Below, in pieces: positions 12,899 to 26,807 of a stretch of DNA of 64,000 nt (position 1 is the stretch's first letter; every line of letters starts with the position of its first letter). A program made the position numbers and the translations under genes. The DNA lies in the NCBI RefSeq assembly GCF_009914755.1, contig NC_060937.1, one strand, 5' to 3'. This DNA comes from the human T2T-CHM13v2.0 reference genome, Homo sapiens. A model generated the notes under the pieces. It worked only from the letters and a program-made list of their open reading frames with translations, was not told the DNA's origin and did not search any database.

Positions 12899-13391
12899 GT
12901 TTCACACCGCCTGATGGACTTCCTAGCTCTCTGTCATGGCTGTCATCCTGGCACAAAGCCCAGGTTTCTGGCCACTTTGGGACAGTGTAGGTGGGTCCTG
13001 CGTGTCCTCAGAGCATAGCCTAGAGTGTCCCTGAGTGGGGTGCAGTGACCTTCTTGGTGCCATGGTTTCTGTTAAGGGGACAGTGACTGGCTCCTGTGGC
13101 TGGTGGGGCCAGTATTTGGGTCAGCTGACCTCTAGGTCTGAAGACAAAGACTTGAAGAAGGAAGACACTGAGCCTAATAGGCCGGAGCTTTGGTACCCTC
13201 ACTCCTTTAAAAGAAGAGCAACTTATGGAGATTCCTAACCACTGACCCACACTTTCCCATTTATCCAGAGGTCCTGCATGCCTCGGAATGAGGATGCTTC
13301 CCTAATCCAATCCCTTGTGCATGCAGGCTCCTGAGAATATAACAAAGTGTAATTTATTGTTAAACATCGCTGACTTTATTAAAAATGTCTT

Positions 13392-13682
13392 GGCCGGGTG
13401 CGGTGGCTCACGTCTGCAATCCCGGCACTTTGGGAGGCCAAGGCGAGCGGATCATGAGGTCAGGAGATCGAGACCATCCTGGTCAACATGGTGAAACCTG
13501 TCTCTACTAAAAATACAAAAATTAGCTGGGCATGGTGTCGCGTGCCTGTAGTCCTAGCTACTCAGGAGGCTGAGGCGGGAGAATCACTTGAACCCAGAGG
13601 TGGAGGTTGCAGTGAGCTGAGATTGTGCCACTGCACTCCAGCCTGGTGACAGAGTGAGACTCTGTCTCAAAAAAAAAAAAAA
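13392..13682 (+). mobile_element. AluSc-like
   Basis: ggatcatgaggtcaggagatcgagaccatcctgg; cagcctggtgacagag; A tail. Confidence 0.95.
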
Positions 13683-15054
13683 TAGTCTTTTTGATTTCCT
13701 AAAGAATTTGCTAAAAAAGAATATATATAGTCTTATGATTATTGTTGTGTTAATCAGAATGATAAGAATATTTTCTTGCCCTCTTTCAAATCAGTAGTGG
13801 ATATATACTGCAAAGAAGGTTAGATTTTTTAGGGGTTATAGTCTGGAGGAAACATTTTATATTAAAAATAATTTTGCCTAATTTTTCTTGCTTACTAACA
13901 TGTGGTACCCAAGTATGAGATGCCCCCAAATTCTCTGTATGGGATCTTTTAGTTTTAGAAATAGAAGGGAACTTATTGGAGAAATTGAGATTCACACAGG
14001 CACAAAAAGGACAAATGTTTTACTTTAACTCTACCAGTCACCTTCCTTACTAAAGACTAAATAAGCCAGCGAGTTAAGTGCTTCGGGCGTACTGAGACTT
14101 TAAATTTAAGACATTGTAAGGCATATGAGATAGCTGTATTTACTTTAAAATGAGAATCCATAAAAGTGAACATCGTTTAATACTGTGCTTTTCAAATGAA
14201 CTCTCTGCCCTTAATAGCATAGGTATGTGATAGTAGGTGGACTGTGCAATCAGATTTCTACACTTGTAATTTCTTCATTCTGCTTCACATTTCTAGACTT
14301 TTCAGGAATTAACCAAAGTAATCTGATACTTCAGCGCTGTAACCACTTTCTCTTCTTTGTTGAGCAAGTCTATTTTTGTATTTCCATTTCAGTTTCCTCT
14401 CAAACTTTACAATGTTTCGCTTTTTACATTGAGCTTTCCTAGTTCTTAAGCTCAGTTTTCTCTTTTGGGCCGGAAATTTGGGTTGCTTCTGCCCAACTGC
14501 TGCTCTTCCTTGTATTGAAACATTGTGTCTTTCCTGTCAGATGCTAACTTTTAAAAGCCAGTATCTTTACAGCCACTGCAGAACGTTTTTAGTGTGGGAG
14601 CAACAGGTAGCTAAAGACTAGGGGCATTTTTAACTGGAGAAATAAAAGGCTAAATACTCAAGACTGTTTGTTTATATTTTGTGTGTAAAAGGGAATTTTC
14701 ATGTTTTAATTTGTGTAGCATATGTCTCTGGGGCTGAATTGCTTTTTGCAATACTAATTGTTTCTGTATTTAGGCCTAAGGAAAGTTTGGGTAATATTTA
14801 AGAAGCATCAACAAAACAGTTTCCAAATGTTTGCCATGCTACATAAAATTGAGTGTTTGCTTTATGCTCCAAAATAATTTTTCATTAGTTATTGGTTCAG
14901 GATCAATTTTTTGCTATTGCAATTTTTCCAAATAAAATTTTAATTTTAGTGTTACTTCTGGAGATGGTGGACTGGTTTCTTGCAAACCAGTTCACCTGCT
15001 GAAAAAACTAGGAAAGGTGAAAAACAAACAAAAAAAAAACTAAGAGAACGTAAG

Positions 15055-15419
15055 TGTCTTAGTCCGTTTTCATGCTGCTAACAAAGACATACCCAACGCT
15101 GGGTAATATATAAAGGAAAGAAGTTTAATGGATTCACAGTTCCCATGGCTAGGGAGGCCTCACAATCAATGGTGGAAGGTGAAGGAGGAGCTAAGTCATG
15201 TCTTACGTGGCGGCAGGCAAGAAAGAGCTTGTGCAGGGGAACTCTCCTTTATAAAACCATCAGATCTCATGAGACTTACTCACTATCATGAGAACACAAT
15301 TGAAAGACCTGCCCCCTTGACTCAGTTACCTCCCACTGGTTCCCTCCCATGACACGTGGGAATTACGGGAGCTACAGTTCAAGATGAGATTTGGGTGAGG
15401 ACACAGCCAAACCATATTA
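15055..15419 (-). mobile_element. THE1 (B/C-like) solo LTR
   Basis: tgtcttagtccgttttcatgctgcta...gagatttgggtgaggacacagccaaaccatatta; near-TSD gtaag/ataag. Confidence 0.93.
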
Positions 15420-15429
15420 ATAAGCCAAA

Positions 15430-16430
15430 ATAACACAGAAACCTATGTTTGTGCAGTCATGTTCACAGCAGTGCTTAACCACAGCCAAAAGGTGGAAACA
15501 ACCCAGATGTTCATCAACAGAAAAAGGGGTAAGTGAACTGTGTTGTGTACATATGATGGAATATTATTAGCTATAAAAAGGAATTAGGTACTGATACATG
15601 CTACAGTGTGGCTTAACCTGAAAAAGATGCTAAGTGAAAGAAGCTGGAAATAAAAGGTCACATATTGTATAATTCCATTTATATGGAATATACAAAATAG
15701 GTAAATCCATACAGACAGCAAATTGGTGTTTACCAGGGTTTGTGGGGAGAAGGGGCGTGGGAAGTAACTACTTAGTGGGTTGGAGGTTACCCTGTTACTG
15801 GAGTTATCAAACCCAGACTTTAAAATAACTTTGACTACTATATTCAGGCAATTAAATAAGATGGAGAATTGGACTAGAAATAGAACTATAAGAGAGTAGA
15901 ACTGGAAACTGTAAGAGTATAAATATTCGAATATAAAAAAAAACAGAAATTGAGAGTTCAATAGTGAGTTTAAGTACAGATTAGATATAGGTAAAGAAGG
16001 AAATAGTGAACTAGAAAATAGATTAATGTCCAGCTGAAGCATGGACATAAAAAGGAATTAGAAAACTACGCCAAACAAATCATGAGAGACACATGGGACA
16101 TGGTAAAAAGATCTGTGGTAAGTGTATTTAGAGTTCCAGAAAATGAGTGGGGGATGGAGGCTGGGAGGAGAGAGAGAAGTAATGTTTGAAGAGATAATGT
16201 CTGAAAACATGTACCATAAAAACATTAACCCAAAAAAAGCTAGGGTAACTATACTGTTACCATCTAAGTTAGACTTTGAGGCAAGGATCATTACTGGACA
16301 TAAAGAGGGAATGATAGCTATACTAAATATGTAGGTAACTAATAGATTACTACAAAGCAAAAAAAAAAAAATTCAAAATCATAGTTGTAGATCTTAACAC
16401 CTCCTCTTCAGTCATTGTTAGAACAACTAT
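15430..16430 (+). mobile_element. L1MB 3' fragment (~15430-15790) followed by older L1M ORF1-region fragments
   Basis: ggtggaaacaacccagatgttcatcaacag...ctgatacatgctaca...; A-rich L1-like sequence afterwards. Confidence 0.7.
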
Positions 16431-16432
16431 AC

Positions 16433-17289
16433 CAATAATTTTCCAACTTTTTGGTCTTAGGTCCCCTATACACTCTTAAGCATTTTTGAGGACTACAAAG
16501 ATCTTTTGTTTATGTGGGTTATATTTATATTTACTGTATTCATTAATGTGGGTATATTCTGTCTATATTTACTGTATTTACATATATTCTGCATATGCTT
16601 ACTGTATATATGTGTTTAAACACTGTAATGTATATGGATAATACACTACAGGAATTTAAGTTAGGAATTTAAAAACATTTATGAATATAATACGTAAATA
16701 TTTAGAACAATAACAAATCAAGACATGCTTATGTTAATTTCTATTTTATAAACAAAAACTTAAAAATATCTTTTTATATTTTTGCAAAATTTGCAAAATT
16801 TGTCTTAAAATTTTAGTATTTTATATTTTTAAATATTTTTGAAAATTTGGTGAATGTTTAGCTTAACAGAAGATATAGCAATAGAAGACAACATTTCTGT
16901 TTTGATATGTTATTTTGGTTGACGTATATGAAGAAAATTAGCTTCACAAAAGTGTATAGTTAGAAAAGGAGGACTATTTTAATAGCTTCTTCAATCATTG
17001 TGAATATTCTTTGGTACATCAAACTTGGCAAGTGGTAGTTTCTTAAGCTTACCTGCAAAGTAGAATCTGGAATTATACCGATGAGCTTTTAGTGCTATAT
17101 TACATTAAAATTCATTGGGCTATCTTGCACTTTAAATTATTTTTTACTAGTGCATGGTTTTCTAACACTATGCATTGGTCATTTGGAAAATATTCATTCA
17201 CTGAGTTATGCAGATCTTTCGTCTTTCAAATGTTGATGCATTTCATTGTATGATATAAAAACTCATGAACATCAATCTCATCAGAAAAT
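16433..17289 (-). mobile_element. Charlie1-family hAT DNA transposon fragment
   Basis: aactttttggtcttaggtcccctatacactcttaa; ttggcaagtggtagtttcttaa; atgcattggtcatttggaaaatatt...ctcatcagaaaa. Confidence 0.8.
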
Positions 17290-18250
17290 ATTGGACTACA
17301 TTAAAGTGAAGAATTGTTTATCAGGAAAACATCACTGAGTATGAAATGGCAAGATAATGATGAGAAGGTATTTGTAATACATGAAAGTAACAAAGATCTT
17401 ACATCTATAATATTTAAATAACTCACTTAAAGCAGTAACAAACAATTCAATAGAAATATCAGCAAAAGAGTTGACATGCACTTCACAAACGAGGATATCC
17501 AAATGGCCAATAAATAAAGATGCTCAACCTCATTAGTCATCAGGGAAATGCAACAAAACCACAATGAGATACCAGCACCCTGCCACTCCCCAAGAATTAC
17601 TGGAATTAAAAAGATGAAAATAGCAATATTGACAATATTGGAGAATATTATAACTCATACTCTATTGATGGAATGTGTATTTGTACACCAGTTTGTAAAG
17701 CTGTTAGTTAAATATTATTTGCATGCCTTATAGACTAGTAATTACATTTTTAGGAATATAACTAACAAATATGGCACATATTAGCATCAAAAGACATATA
17801 CAAGAATGTTCATGGGACCAGTATTCCTAACAGCTCCAAACTGGAAACAACCCAGATGTCCTTCAGTAAGAGAATAGATCAGCAGCCTGTGGTGTATTCT
17901 TACAATGGAATCCTATACAGCAATCAGTAGAGCTGTTGTTACATGGTGACATGGATACATCTCAGTGTTGAGTGAATGCAGCTAGACACAAAAGAGTAAT
18001 GTAGTATATGATTTCAGTTTTTATCAAGGTCAGAAACAGGCAAAACAACTCTGGTGTGTTAAAGGTGAGGTTAGTGGTTATCTGTAGAGAGGACAGCAGG
18101 GAGGAGGGAAGATGGGAGAGCACACAGGAGGCTGCCAGGGTGCTGGTAATGTGCTGTTTCCTGATTCCAGTGGTAGTTTCATTAAGGTGTACTTCATGTT
18201 GATTCATTTAATTATTTAATCATTTTTCTGTATATTTTAATAAAAATTTA
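17290..18250 (+). mobile_element. L1ME 3' fragment
   Basis: atgctcaacctcattagtcatcagggaaatgca...ctccaaactggaaacaacccagatgtcc...ggtgaggttagtggtta. Confidence 0.75.
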
Positions 18251-18666
18251 TGAAACGATATATTAATACTAAGAAAAAATGTGAGTTAGAAGGTTACCAT
18301 ATCCTTATCACAAAAAGCTTGAAAACATAGTTAAAAGAACACAGTCCCTCAAGCTGACATTCCTCTGGCATTATGCTTAGTATCCCTTCTCAGACATTCC
18401 TATGAATGTGATCTGGGGCAAGTTGCTTAGTTCCTTAAGTTCCTCATCAGAAAGCTAAGGAATGTAATAGTGCTTATTTCATATTGCTATTTTTAGAGCT
18501 AGTTAGGTAATATATGTAATGTGCCCAGCATAGTCTTCGGTTCATAATTAGCACCTTAAATTATTCATTGGATAAACATTTACTGAGTTTCTGCTCGTGT
18601 ATCTGGCATTGGGCTAGTGATGGTGATACCAGGAAAAATAAGACAAAGTGAACCCCATCAGGATTA

Positions 18667-18853
18667 CTGTGCTGTCTAACCTGGTAGTCCTTAGCCACAG
18701 ATGGTAATTAAATGAAAATTAAACAGTTCAGTTTCTTAGTACACTAGCTGCATTTCAAGTGCTGAGTTGCCAAATGTGGCTAGGGGTGACATGTTAGACT
18801 GCACGTTTACAGAACATTTCCATCATTGCAGCAACTGTTTCTGGACATTGTTG
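18667..18853. mobile_element. MER3 (hAT-Charlie), flanked by MIR and L2 pieces
   Basis: ctgtgctgtctaa...cactagctgcatttcaagtgct...agaacatttccatcattgcag. Confidence 0.75.
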
Positions 18854-19382
18854 GGCAGGGCAGGCGATGGGTGACAGAGGTGGGCATTGCAGGGTCCTGG
18901 TAGAGAGGTGAGACTTGAGCTGCTCAGAAAGAGGAATTTTCAGGTGGAAGAATGAAGAGTTGGCCATTCCAGTTGAGTGAAAACACAGTGAACCAGGGCT
19001 TTGAGCTTGACTCAGCTGGAGATTGTAAGCAGTTCAATATGGCAAGAGCACCGGATGCATAGGGAGGAAGCTGGAGGGGTGGCTGGAAGGCACAGTGGGC
19101 CTGGGCTCTGGAGGGCAGGGAATGCCACATTGAGGAGCTATTCTAGGGGATGCTCAGGAGTGCTTTTATCCATTACTTGCTTACCTCTTAAGACTTAATG
19201 CTTCTTTTTAAAAAAATCAATTTACTTAACAAAAATAAAACAATCATATTTGCTAAAAATATTTTTTCCTAGTTTTTTGATTGCTTTTTTTTGTAGTGTA
19301 TTGGTGTTAGATTTTTACGTAGGCAAGTCTGTGGTTTTTTTAGAATTTCTAAGCATAGAAGATGTTACTTCTAGAGACTAAT

Positions 19383-19624
19383 TTTCTTTTTTTAATATAT
19401 AATATACATATTTTGGGGGTACATGGGATACTTTGATACAATTTGATACATTCATATAATCAGGGTAATTGGTATATCCATCACCTTAAATATTTATCTT
19501 TTCTTTATGCTGGGAACATTTGAATTATTGCTTTCTAGCTATTCTGAAAGTATGACAGATCAATGTAAACTATAGTCACTTGACTGATCTATCGAATACC
19601 AGGTCTTATTTCTTCTAAGTGTAT
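19383..19624 (-). mobile_element. L1MA 3'UTR fragment
   Basis: atcagggtaattggtatatccatcaccttaaatatttatc...ttctagctattctgaaa. Confidence 0.8.
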
Positions 19625-20104
19625 AGAGAAATTTTCAATTCTGTTTTATTTTTTTCTACACTTTTATTTTTATATATTTAAGTATAAAATGGTGTCAGGG
19701 TAACTTCTGTGTGCTTCAAATGGATTGTCTAAATTTTAGGTATAGATATTACAGAGTGCTAGCTAGTAAGTCCCAACCATTTGTTCAATGTTTCCCATTC
19801 TTTGTGATGAATCCTTTGTGGTCTTGTATATAATGACATTTACTTCTGAGTTATTAGTTGTATTCTATTGCTCTTTCTTATGTTAATGTAACATTGCTTA
19901 TTTATGCCACAACATTTATTAAGTATCTGTGTTTTGTAAATTAAAACTTGTGATGACTTAGTTCCTCTTTTTATATTTGAAAATTGGAACTCATCCTTGG
20001 GCTGTGGGAGTGGTCTGAACAGGCTAAATCACACAGCTTGTCATCGAAGTCCAGACTAAGCACTGTATTTACTATAAACACCATTCGTGATAGGTACATC
20101 CTTT

Positions 20105-21220
20105 TTCTCTTTTACTGTCTTATAACAAATTTGTATTAAGGGGCACAAGTGCAGTTTTGTTACATGGACATACTGTGTAGTGGTGAAGCCTGATCTTTTA
20201 GTGCAACCATCACCCGAATAATGTACATTGAACCTATTAAGTAACTTCTTATTCCTCACCCCCTCCCACCCTTAAAACCCTTCTGAGTCTCCAGTATCTA
20301 TCATTCCACACTCTGTGTCCATGCATACACATTATTTAGCTCTGAGTGGTGAGAAATGCAGTATTTGACTTTATGTTTCTGAATTATTTCACTTAAGAAA
20401 ATGGCTTCCAGTTCCATCCATGTTGTAAAAGACATGATTCGTTGTTTTTTATGGATGAGTAGTATTCCATTATATATATATATATATACACCACATTTTC
20501 TTTATCCAGTCGTCTGCTGATGGACACTTAGGTTGATTCCATATCTTTGCTATTGTGAATAGTGCTATAATAAACATACGAGGGAAGGTATCTTTTCGAT
20601 ATAATGATTTTTTTTTCCTTTGGGTTTCAACCCAGTAGTGTAGAGTATTTGGGTAGATACCAGTAGGTAGTTCTATTTTTAGTTCTTTGAGAAATCTCCA
20701 TACTGTTTTCCACAGAGGTTGTACTAATGTACATTCCCACTGGCAGTGTATAAGTGTTTCCCTTTCTCCACATCCTTGCCAACATCTTGTTATTTTTTGA
20801 CATTTTAATAACATCTGACTGGTGTAAGATGATATCTCAGTGTGGTTTTAATTTGCATTTCTGATGATTAGTGACGTCCAACATTTTTTCATATATTTGT
20901 TGGCCATTTGTATGTCTTCTTTTGAAAAATGTCTGTTCATATCCTTTGCCCACTTTTTAAAGGGGTTATTTGTGTTTTGTTGTTGTTGTTGAGTTGTTTG
21001 AGTTCCTTATTGATTCTGGATTTGAATGCATAGTTTGTAAATATTTTTACTTACTCCATAGGTTGTCTCTTCTTTCTGTTGATTATTTCAGAATTGACTA
21101 TATAGAAACTTTATAGTGTGAGTCCCATTTTTCTATTTTGTTTTTGTTGTGTTTGCATTTGAGGTTTTAATCGTGATTTCTTTGCCTAAGGCAATGTCCA
21201 GAAGAGTTTTCTGGTAGGTA
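20105..21220 (-). mobile_element. L1PB-type 3' fragment
   Basis: gggcacaagtgcagttttgttacatggac...; ORF2 remnant [20 protein letters not shown] in ORF 20470-20814. Confidence 0.88.
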
Positions 21221-21564
21221 CTCTTTTGAAAATGTATGTAGTGGTCTTTTAGGACTCTGAAAGACAGCTTTACCTCATGGATGATGATGTATTCAGTAGT
21301 GCATTTAGCACACAGCTATAGATATGTAAAAGGGAGTTTGTGTAGCAGTGTTGTAATCTTTTAAACTTCACAGTTATATAGTTTAATATAACAATGGTAA
21401 TCTGTAAGTATTAGCTATAGGAAAAAGTTCTCTTACTGACATTTTGTTAATTGGAAGACTCAGAAAGCTAGAAGTAACCAGCATGTAGAAGGCCCTTTAA
21501 ATTCACCAGTCTAGCAAGCATTTCCAATGGTGCTTTTACTTTTCCTGGTATCTCTCTTTCTGTC

Positions 21565-21567
21565 TGC

Positions 21568-21605
<38 letters not shown>

Positions 21606-21609
21606 ATAC
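21565..21609. repeat. Compound (TG)n(CG)n alternating purine-pyrimidine tract
   Basis: tgcgtgtg...tgtgcgcgcgcgcacatac. Confidence 0.95.
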
Positions 21610-22005
21610 CTGCGTGCAAGTGTGCATGTACACACACACATGTGAGTTCCTGCTAAGGAGTGGGATTGAGGGGTGCAAGGGAATAGGACTTTTGGAAGCT
21701 GAGGTAATTCACAAATGTAATTTTTCGGTAGATCCTAAGGAAAAAGTCATGGCATAGGTGTTTGAGGGAGATGGCTTGATCAGCATCATAAATGCTCATC
21801 AGATATGCCCAATAACAACAACTATTATGTAACATCATCCTGGGGGTTCCTATGATCTTCCTTCAGGCATATCAACATGGATAGAACCGAAAGTTGTTTT
21901 TCAGAGGTTGCTTTAAAGAATAATTAGTAATTTTCTCAAACAATTTGAAATTCAGATATCACTTAGCTTAGATGGACTGGCATTCACAAAAATTAGACAA
22001 CAGGG

Positions 22006-22139
22006 TTTTTTTTTTCTTTTTGTGGAGATGGGGTCTCACTGTGCTGCCCAGGCTGGTCTTCAATTCCTGGCCTCAAGTGATCCTCCTGCCTTGGCCCCCC
22101 AAACTGCTTGGATTCCAGGTGGAGCCACCACACCTGACC
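22006..22139 (-). mobile_element. FLAM/Alu left monomer
   Basis: Single arm ggagatggggtctcactgtgctgcccaggctgg...gagccaccacacctgacc with T tail. Confidence 0.88.
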
Positions 22140-23644
22140 AGTCACCAGTTTTTAACTCTTGCTCTTCATTCATTTGATGTGAACTATTTCCATGTAGAAG
22201 TCATTTTCCTTTGTAGAGAGCTTTAGCATTCCCAAAGCACCTTTCATATTTCGTATATGATGCTTACAACATACCTGTGAGGCAGGTATTCACATTAGCC
22301 ACAGTTTACAAACATTACAGCCCAGATGTAGAGAGTAAGAAGGGCCCCCAGGAAAGAATATTTTTACTTAACTGTGCTCTTTATTGTGGTTGAGTTCACT
22401 CTCCTTACTGTGGCTTACATAAGATTTTATATTACTTTATCCGACTGCCTCAATTTGAGCCTTGAATTTACTAATTAAAGTTTTACTGGGCTTTTATGTT
22501 TTGGCTGTTAAGAACTGCAGCTGAAAAGAGTGTCGCTGCTTGAAAGCAGGGGATGCTTTCAAAGGTCTGGTGCTTAGTAGGTGCTTTGTGATGGCTGTGC
22601 AACCTGGAACTGAATTAAAGATTAGGGGCTGGACCATTGCTTTGGAATGCATGAGCGAGTGTTTACTTTAGAAAAGAATAATGCTTGAGAAAGCATTTAA
22701 ATTGAATTTTATACTTTTCTTTTGATAGACATTAACTTTTTTGTATTAATACCTCAATATGTTTGCGAATGACATATTCATTTACACGGGGTCTTCAAAG
22801 TGTCTACCAAAGCCACATGAGATCTTTCGGCTTTTGCAAAAAAAAATGCTTATTGCTGTTAATGGAAACAAATTATAAGCGAGCTCCTCTTTTAGACCCA
22901 AAGCAGCTTCGTAATTATAGGTATTGACTTCACCCCACTCAGTATGTAAAGAATCTAACTGTAGCACTTGTATCTCCAACACCTCTCAGGTCTTACCCAG
23001 TGCTAGTTAATTCACATTTAAAATGTTACACTTAAGGAAAATATAAGTCATTTTTTAGTCTAATTTTAATTTTCATGCCTTTCCTCAAAGAAAGGAAAAT
23101 AAGTAATTGTGTGTATGCTACTCTTTCTTTGATAAATATTTGAGGATGCTTTTAGAAATAGAGCCCATTAAAACTTTTTAATACATGGGATGTTTGGCCA
23201 CATGGTTATTTTTTGTGGTTGTCAATTTCAGTGGCTTGCTTGAGACTGTAATTGGTTTTAAGTATGTTGTTTATGCTTTGAAGGAAATTTTCTTTAGAAA
23301 TTCAAACCAAAATTCACAGGTTGTCTTTTTCTTGTTCAAAGATGACAGATCATTTTCAGAGCTAGCATATTTATGCAATCAAAAATTACTGAACACGATG
23401 TAGCTATTTTTCACTAGCAAAATAATTTTGCTGTTAATCTGACTTCCAAAATCTAAACTCATTTAGGGTAGGAACTTTGTGCCTAAGTGTTCATTAGCCA
23501 GCTGTTTACTCACTTGTGTGACTTCTGTATTCCTCCAAGCAAATAATGTTACCTCAGGTGGTCGATAAATGTGTTTTCAAATGATCCTAAATCACCTACA
23601 TAATTTTAGATAATCTCTCAATTTTAAGAAACTAAGGCTCAGGC

Positions 23645-23878
23645 CCACAGGTAGAAGTTACAGGAGGCATTTATTGGTTCTGTATAAGAAGGAGCTTTAT
23701 AATCCTTTAGGGCTGCTAAAAAATAGAATGGACTATTTTGCTAGGCAGCGACATTCTCTGCATTTAGAAATATGCAAGCAGATGGCAGGCACCTGCCTGT
23801 CTGAAGTTCTGTGCGTGAGGTTCCTCTATTACTTAGAAAATTAGTCTTCTTGATTTCTAAGATTTTTCCCCCTTATTC
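23645..23878 (+). mobile_element. L3/CR1 3' fragment
   Basis: aagttacaggaggc...ataagaaggagcttt...aaaatagaatggact...aagcagatggc resembles the CR1 3' end. Confidence 0.55.
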
Positions 23879-24745
23879 CAATATAGGTTATTTCTACCCT
23901 CTCATAAAATAGATGCTTGCAATCTGTTGAAATATCAGAGGAGGCTTAATAACCGTGTTGGCAACATATTCCAGAGCACCGTGATGGAGTTATAATGTAT
24001 GGTAATGTTCGCATTGCTTGTTTCACAGGTATGTGTGTGGCAGCAGGGGAACAGGGGTGGGGAAAGGAAACAGCATGTCTTGGGCCCCCATATGGCTGTA
24101 TACACTATAACAGGTGTCCACTCCCCCGGTCTTATAAACTCAGTTCAGATCTCAAGTACGGGTTGGTGGTCTTCCCTACTCCCATGTCGGGTGTCCAGTG
24201 GGTCCCCCTTTGGACTTAAGGTTGTTCTGGGAGGGCTACCAATTTGTAAATCTCAGAAGTTGCTTAACATCTCTGAGCTTCATTTTTTCTTTTACCATAT
24301 CCAGTGTATTTTATATGTAGTATATAAAAGGGAACATGTGTATGTAGGAGAACATAAATGTTTAAATTTTTTTTTCCAAATTAAGAAGAAACTTGTTTTT
24401 CAATCTTTGTTGCACAGAAAGGGATTCTTTTGCTCATTTTATGGGAGGCTGACCCTCCTTAGGGAAAATAAACATCTCTTCTCCCGTTCATTGAGCCAGG
24501 CTTTGACTTTGAGCCACAAGAATCGGTTTTTCTGTTGTGTATGGTTTGGGCACCAGTTTAATGGGCAGCTAGTTTACCCTGAATGGTAGCCAGTGGCCTG
24601 CCTTGGGGCTCTGGCTTTTAGAATGCTTTTGGGTTTGCTTACTTGTTTCCAGCTTCTCTCTGTTTCCAGCACAGTTTCTTACCATTACTTCGCCTATCTT
24701 GCTATCTTTTAATTACAATATCCAATTCTCATAATGTTTTGAAAA

Positions 24746-25866
24746 TATTTTAATTGTGGTAAAATACACCTAACATTTACCATCTTAACAATTTTTAACT
24801 GTATAGTTCAGTAGTGTTAATTAAATTCACAGTATTGTGTAACCAATATCTAGAACTCTTTTTTTCACCTTGAAAAACTGAAACTATATCCATAAACAAC
24901 AACTCCCTATTTTCCTCCCAGCCCCTGGCCACCACCATTCTACTCTGTCTCTATGAATATGACTGCTCTGGTACCTTATGTAGGTAGAATCATACAATAT
25001 TGATCCTTCTGTGTCTGGCTTATTTCACTTAGCATAATGCCCCCAAGGTTCATCCATGTTATAGAATGTGCCAGGATTTCCTTCCTTTTTAAGGCTGAAT
25101 GATATTCCACTGTAAAGATATACCACATTTTGTTTATCTGTTGGTGAACACTTGCACTGCCTCTGCATTTTGGCTATTGTGACTAATGCTGCTGTGAACA
25201 TCCATGTACAAATATTTCTTTAGGACTTTGCTTTCAATTCTTTTGAATATGTATCCAACCCAGAAGGGGAATTTCTGGATCATGCAGTAATTCTATTTTA
25301 AATTTCTTGAAGAACTGCTGTACTATTTTCCACAATGGTTGCTCTATTTTACATTCACAACAGTGCACAAGGGTTCCAATTTTTCCACATCCTTGCCCAC
25401 ACTTGTTATTGTCTGTTTTTTGATACTAGCCATCCTTATGGGTATCCGGTGACATTTTATGGTTTTGATTTGCAATTTCCAAATGATTAGTGCTGTTCAC
25501 CATCTTCATATTCTTGTTGGCCATTTGTATATCTTCTTTGGAGAAATTTGTATTCAAGTCCTTTGCTCATTTTTAATCAGGTTATTTGTTTTTGTTTGTT
25601 GTTGAGCTGTGGAAGCTCTGAAGGGCATTCGGGTATTAATCGTTTGTCAGATATGTGATTCGCAAATGTTTTTTCCCATTCAATAGGTTACCGTTTCACT
25701 ATGTTAATGACAATTTTTGATACATAGAAGTCTTTTAGTGTAGTCAGATTTACCTATTTTTACCTTTGTTGCTTGTAATTTTGGCATCTGTCCAATAAAT
25801 TCTTCCAAATCCAGTGTCATGAAACTTTTCTGTTTTCTTCTAAGACTTTAGCCTTACATTTAGGTC
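24746..25866 (-). mobile_element. L1MB 3' fragment
   Basis: ttaattgtggtaaaatacacc...cccagcccctggccaccaccattctactctgtctctatga... Confidence 0.88.
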
Positions 25867-26268
25867 TAATTTCGATATTGTTATGTCTCAGGGAATAGGG
25901 AAGCCCAAAGCGAGAGAGAAATATGGAAAATGACCAGTCAGTGGAGCAGTCAGAACAAACATATTTATCAATTAAGTTTGCCATCTTATATGGGCATGGT
26001 TCATGGTGCTCCCAAAACAGTATAATAGTAACATCAAAGATCTCTGATCACAGATCACTGTAACAGATATATTAATAATGAAAAAGTTTGAAATATTGTG
26101 AGAATTATCAAAATGTGACATGGAGACATGAAGTGAGCACATGTGCCATTAGAAAAATGGCACCGATAGACTTGCACGATGCAGGGTTGCCACAAAGCTT
26201 CCATTTGTAAAAAACACAAAATCTGTGAAACGCAATAAAGTGAAACTCAGTAAAACAAGGTGTACCTG
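25865..26268 (-). mobile_element. Tigger1 left-end fragment with TIR
   Basis: gtctcagggaatagggaagccc...gcagggttgccacaaa...aataaagtgaaactcagtaaaacaaggtgtacctg followed by TA. Confidence 0.9.
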
Positions 26269-26269
26269 T

Positions 26270-26790
26270 AAAAGACATCTAAATTGAGAAGGAAGTAAAA
26301 TTATCTATTTGTTGATGCAATGATCTTATATCTAGGAAACCCTAAAAACTCCACTTAAAAATTGTTAGAACTAATAAATTCAGCAAAGTACCAGGATGCA
26401 AAAGAATCACAAAAAATCAGCTGCATTTCTGTACACTAATAATGAACATTTCAAAATAAGAAAATTCCATTTACAATAACACCAAAAATAATACTTAGAA
26501 ATTAACCAAGGAGGCAGAAGACTTACACACTGAAAACTATTTTGATAGAGATTGCATTAAAGCTGTAGATTACTTTGGATAGTATTGACATCTTAGTAAT
26601 ATTAAGTTTTCCAATCCATGAACACGGAATGTCTTTTCATTTATTTGTCTTTTAAAATTTCTTTCAGCAACATTTTATAGTCTTTCACCACTGAGTATGG
26701 TGTTTGCTGTGGGCTTTTCATATGTGATCTTATTATATTGAGGCAGTTTCCTTCTCCTCCTAGTTTTGTGAGTGCATTCTCTTAATTAAA
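26270..26790. mobile_element. L1 ORF2 (RT-region) fragments in mixed orientation
   Basis: 26270-26540 sense, including a degenerate FADDMI-encoding segment; 26541-26681 and 26682-26790 antisense. Confidence 0.75.
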
Positions 26791-26807
26791 AAAAATTAAA
26801 GTCTTGA

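Noticed and set aside
23999-24589. Longest ORF (196 aa)
   Set aside because: No recognisable domain, low-complexity F/L/K-rich end, no splice context; consistent with a chance ORF.
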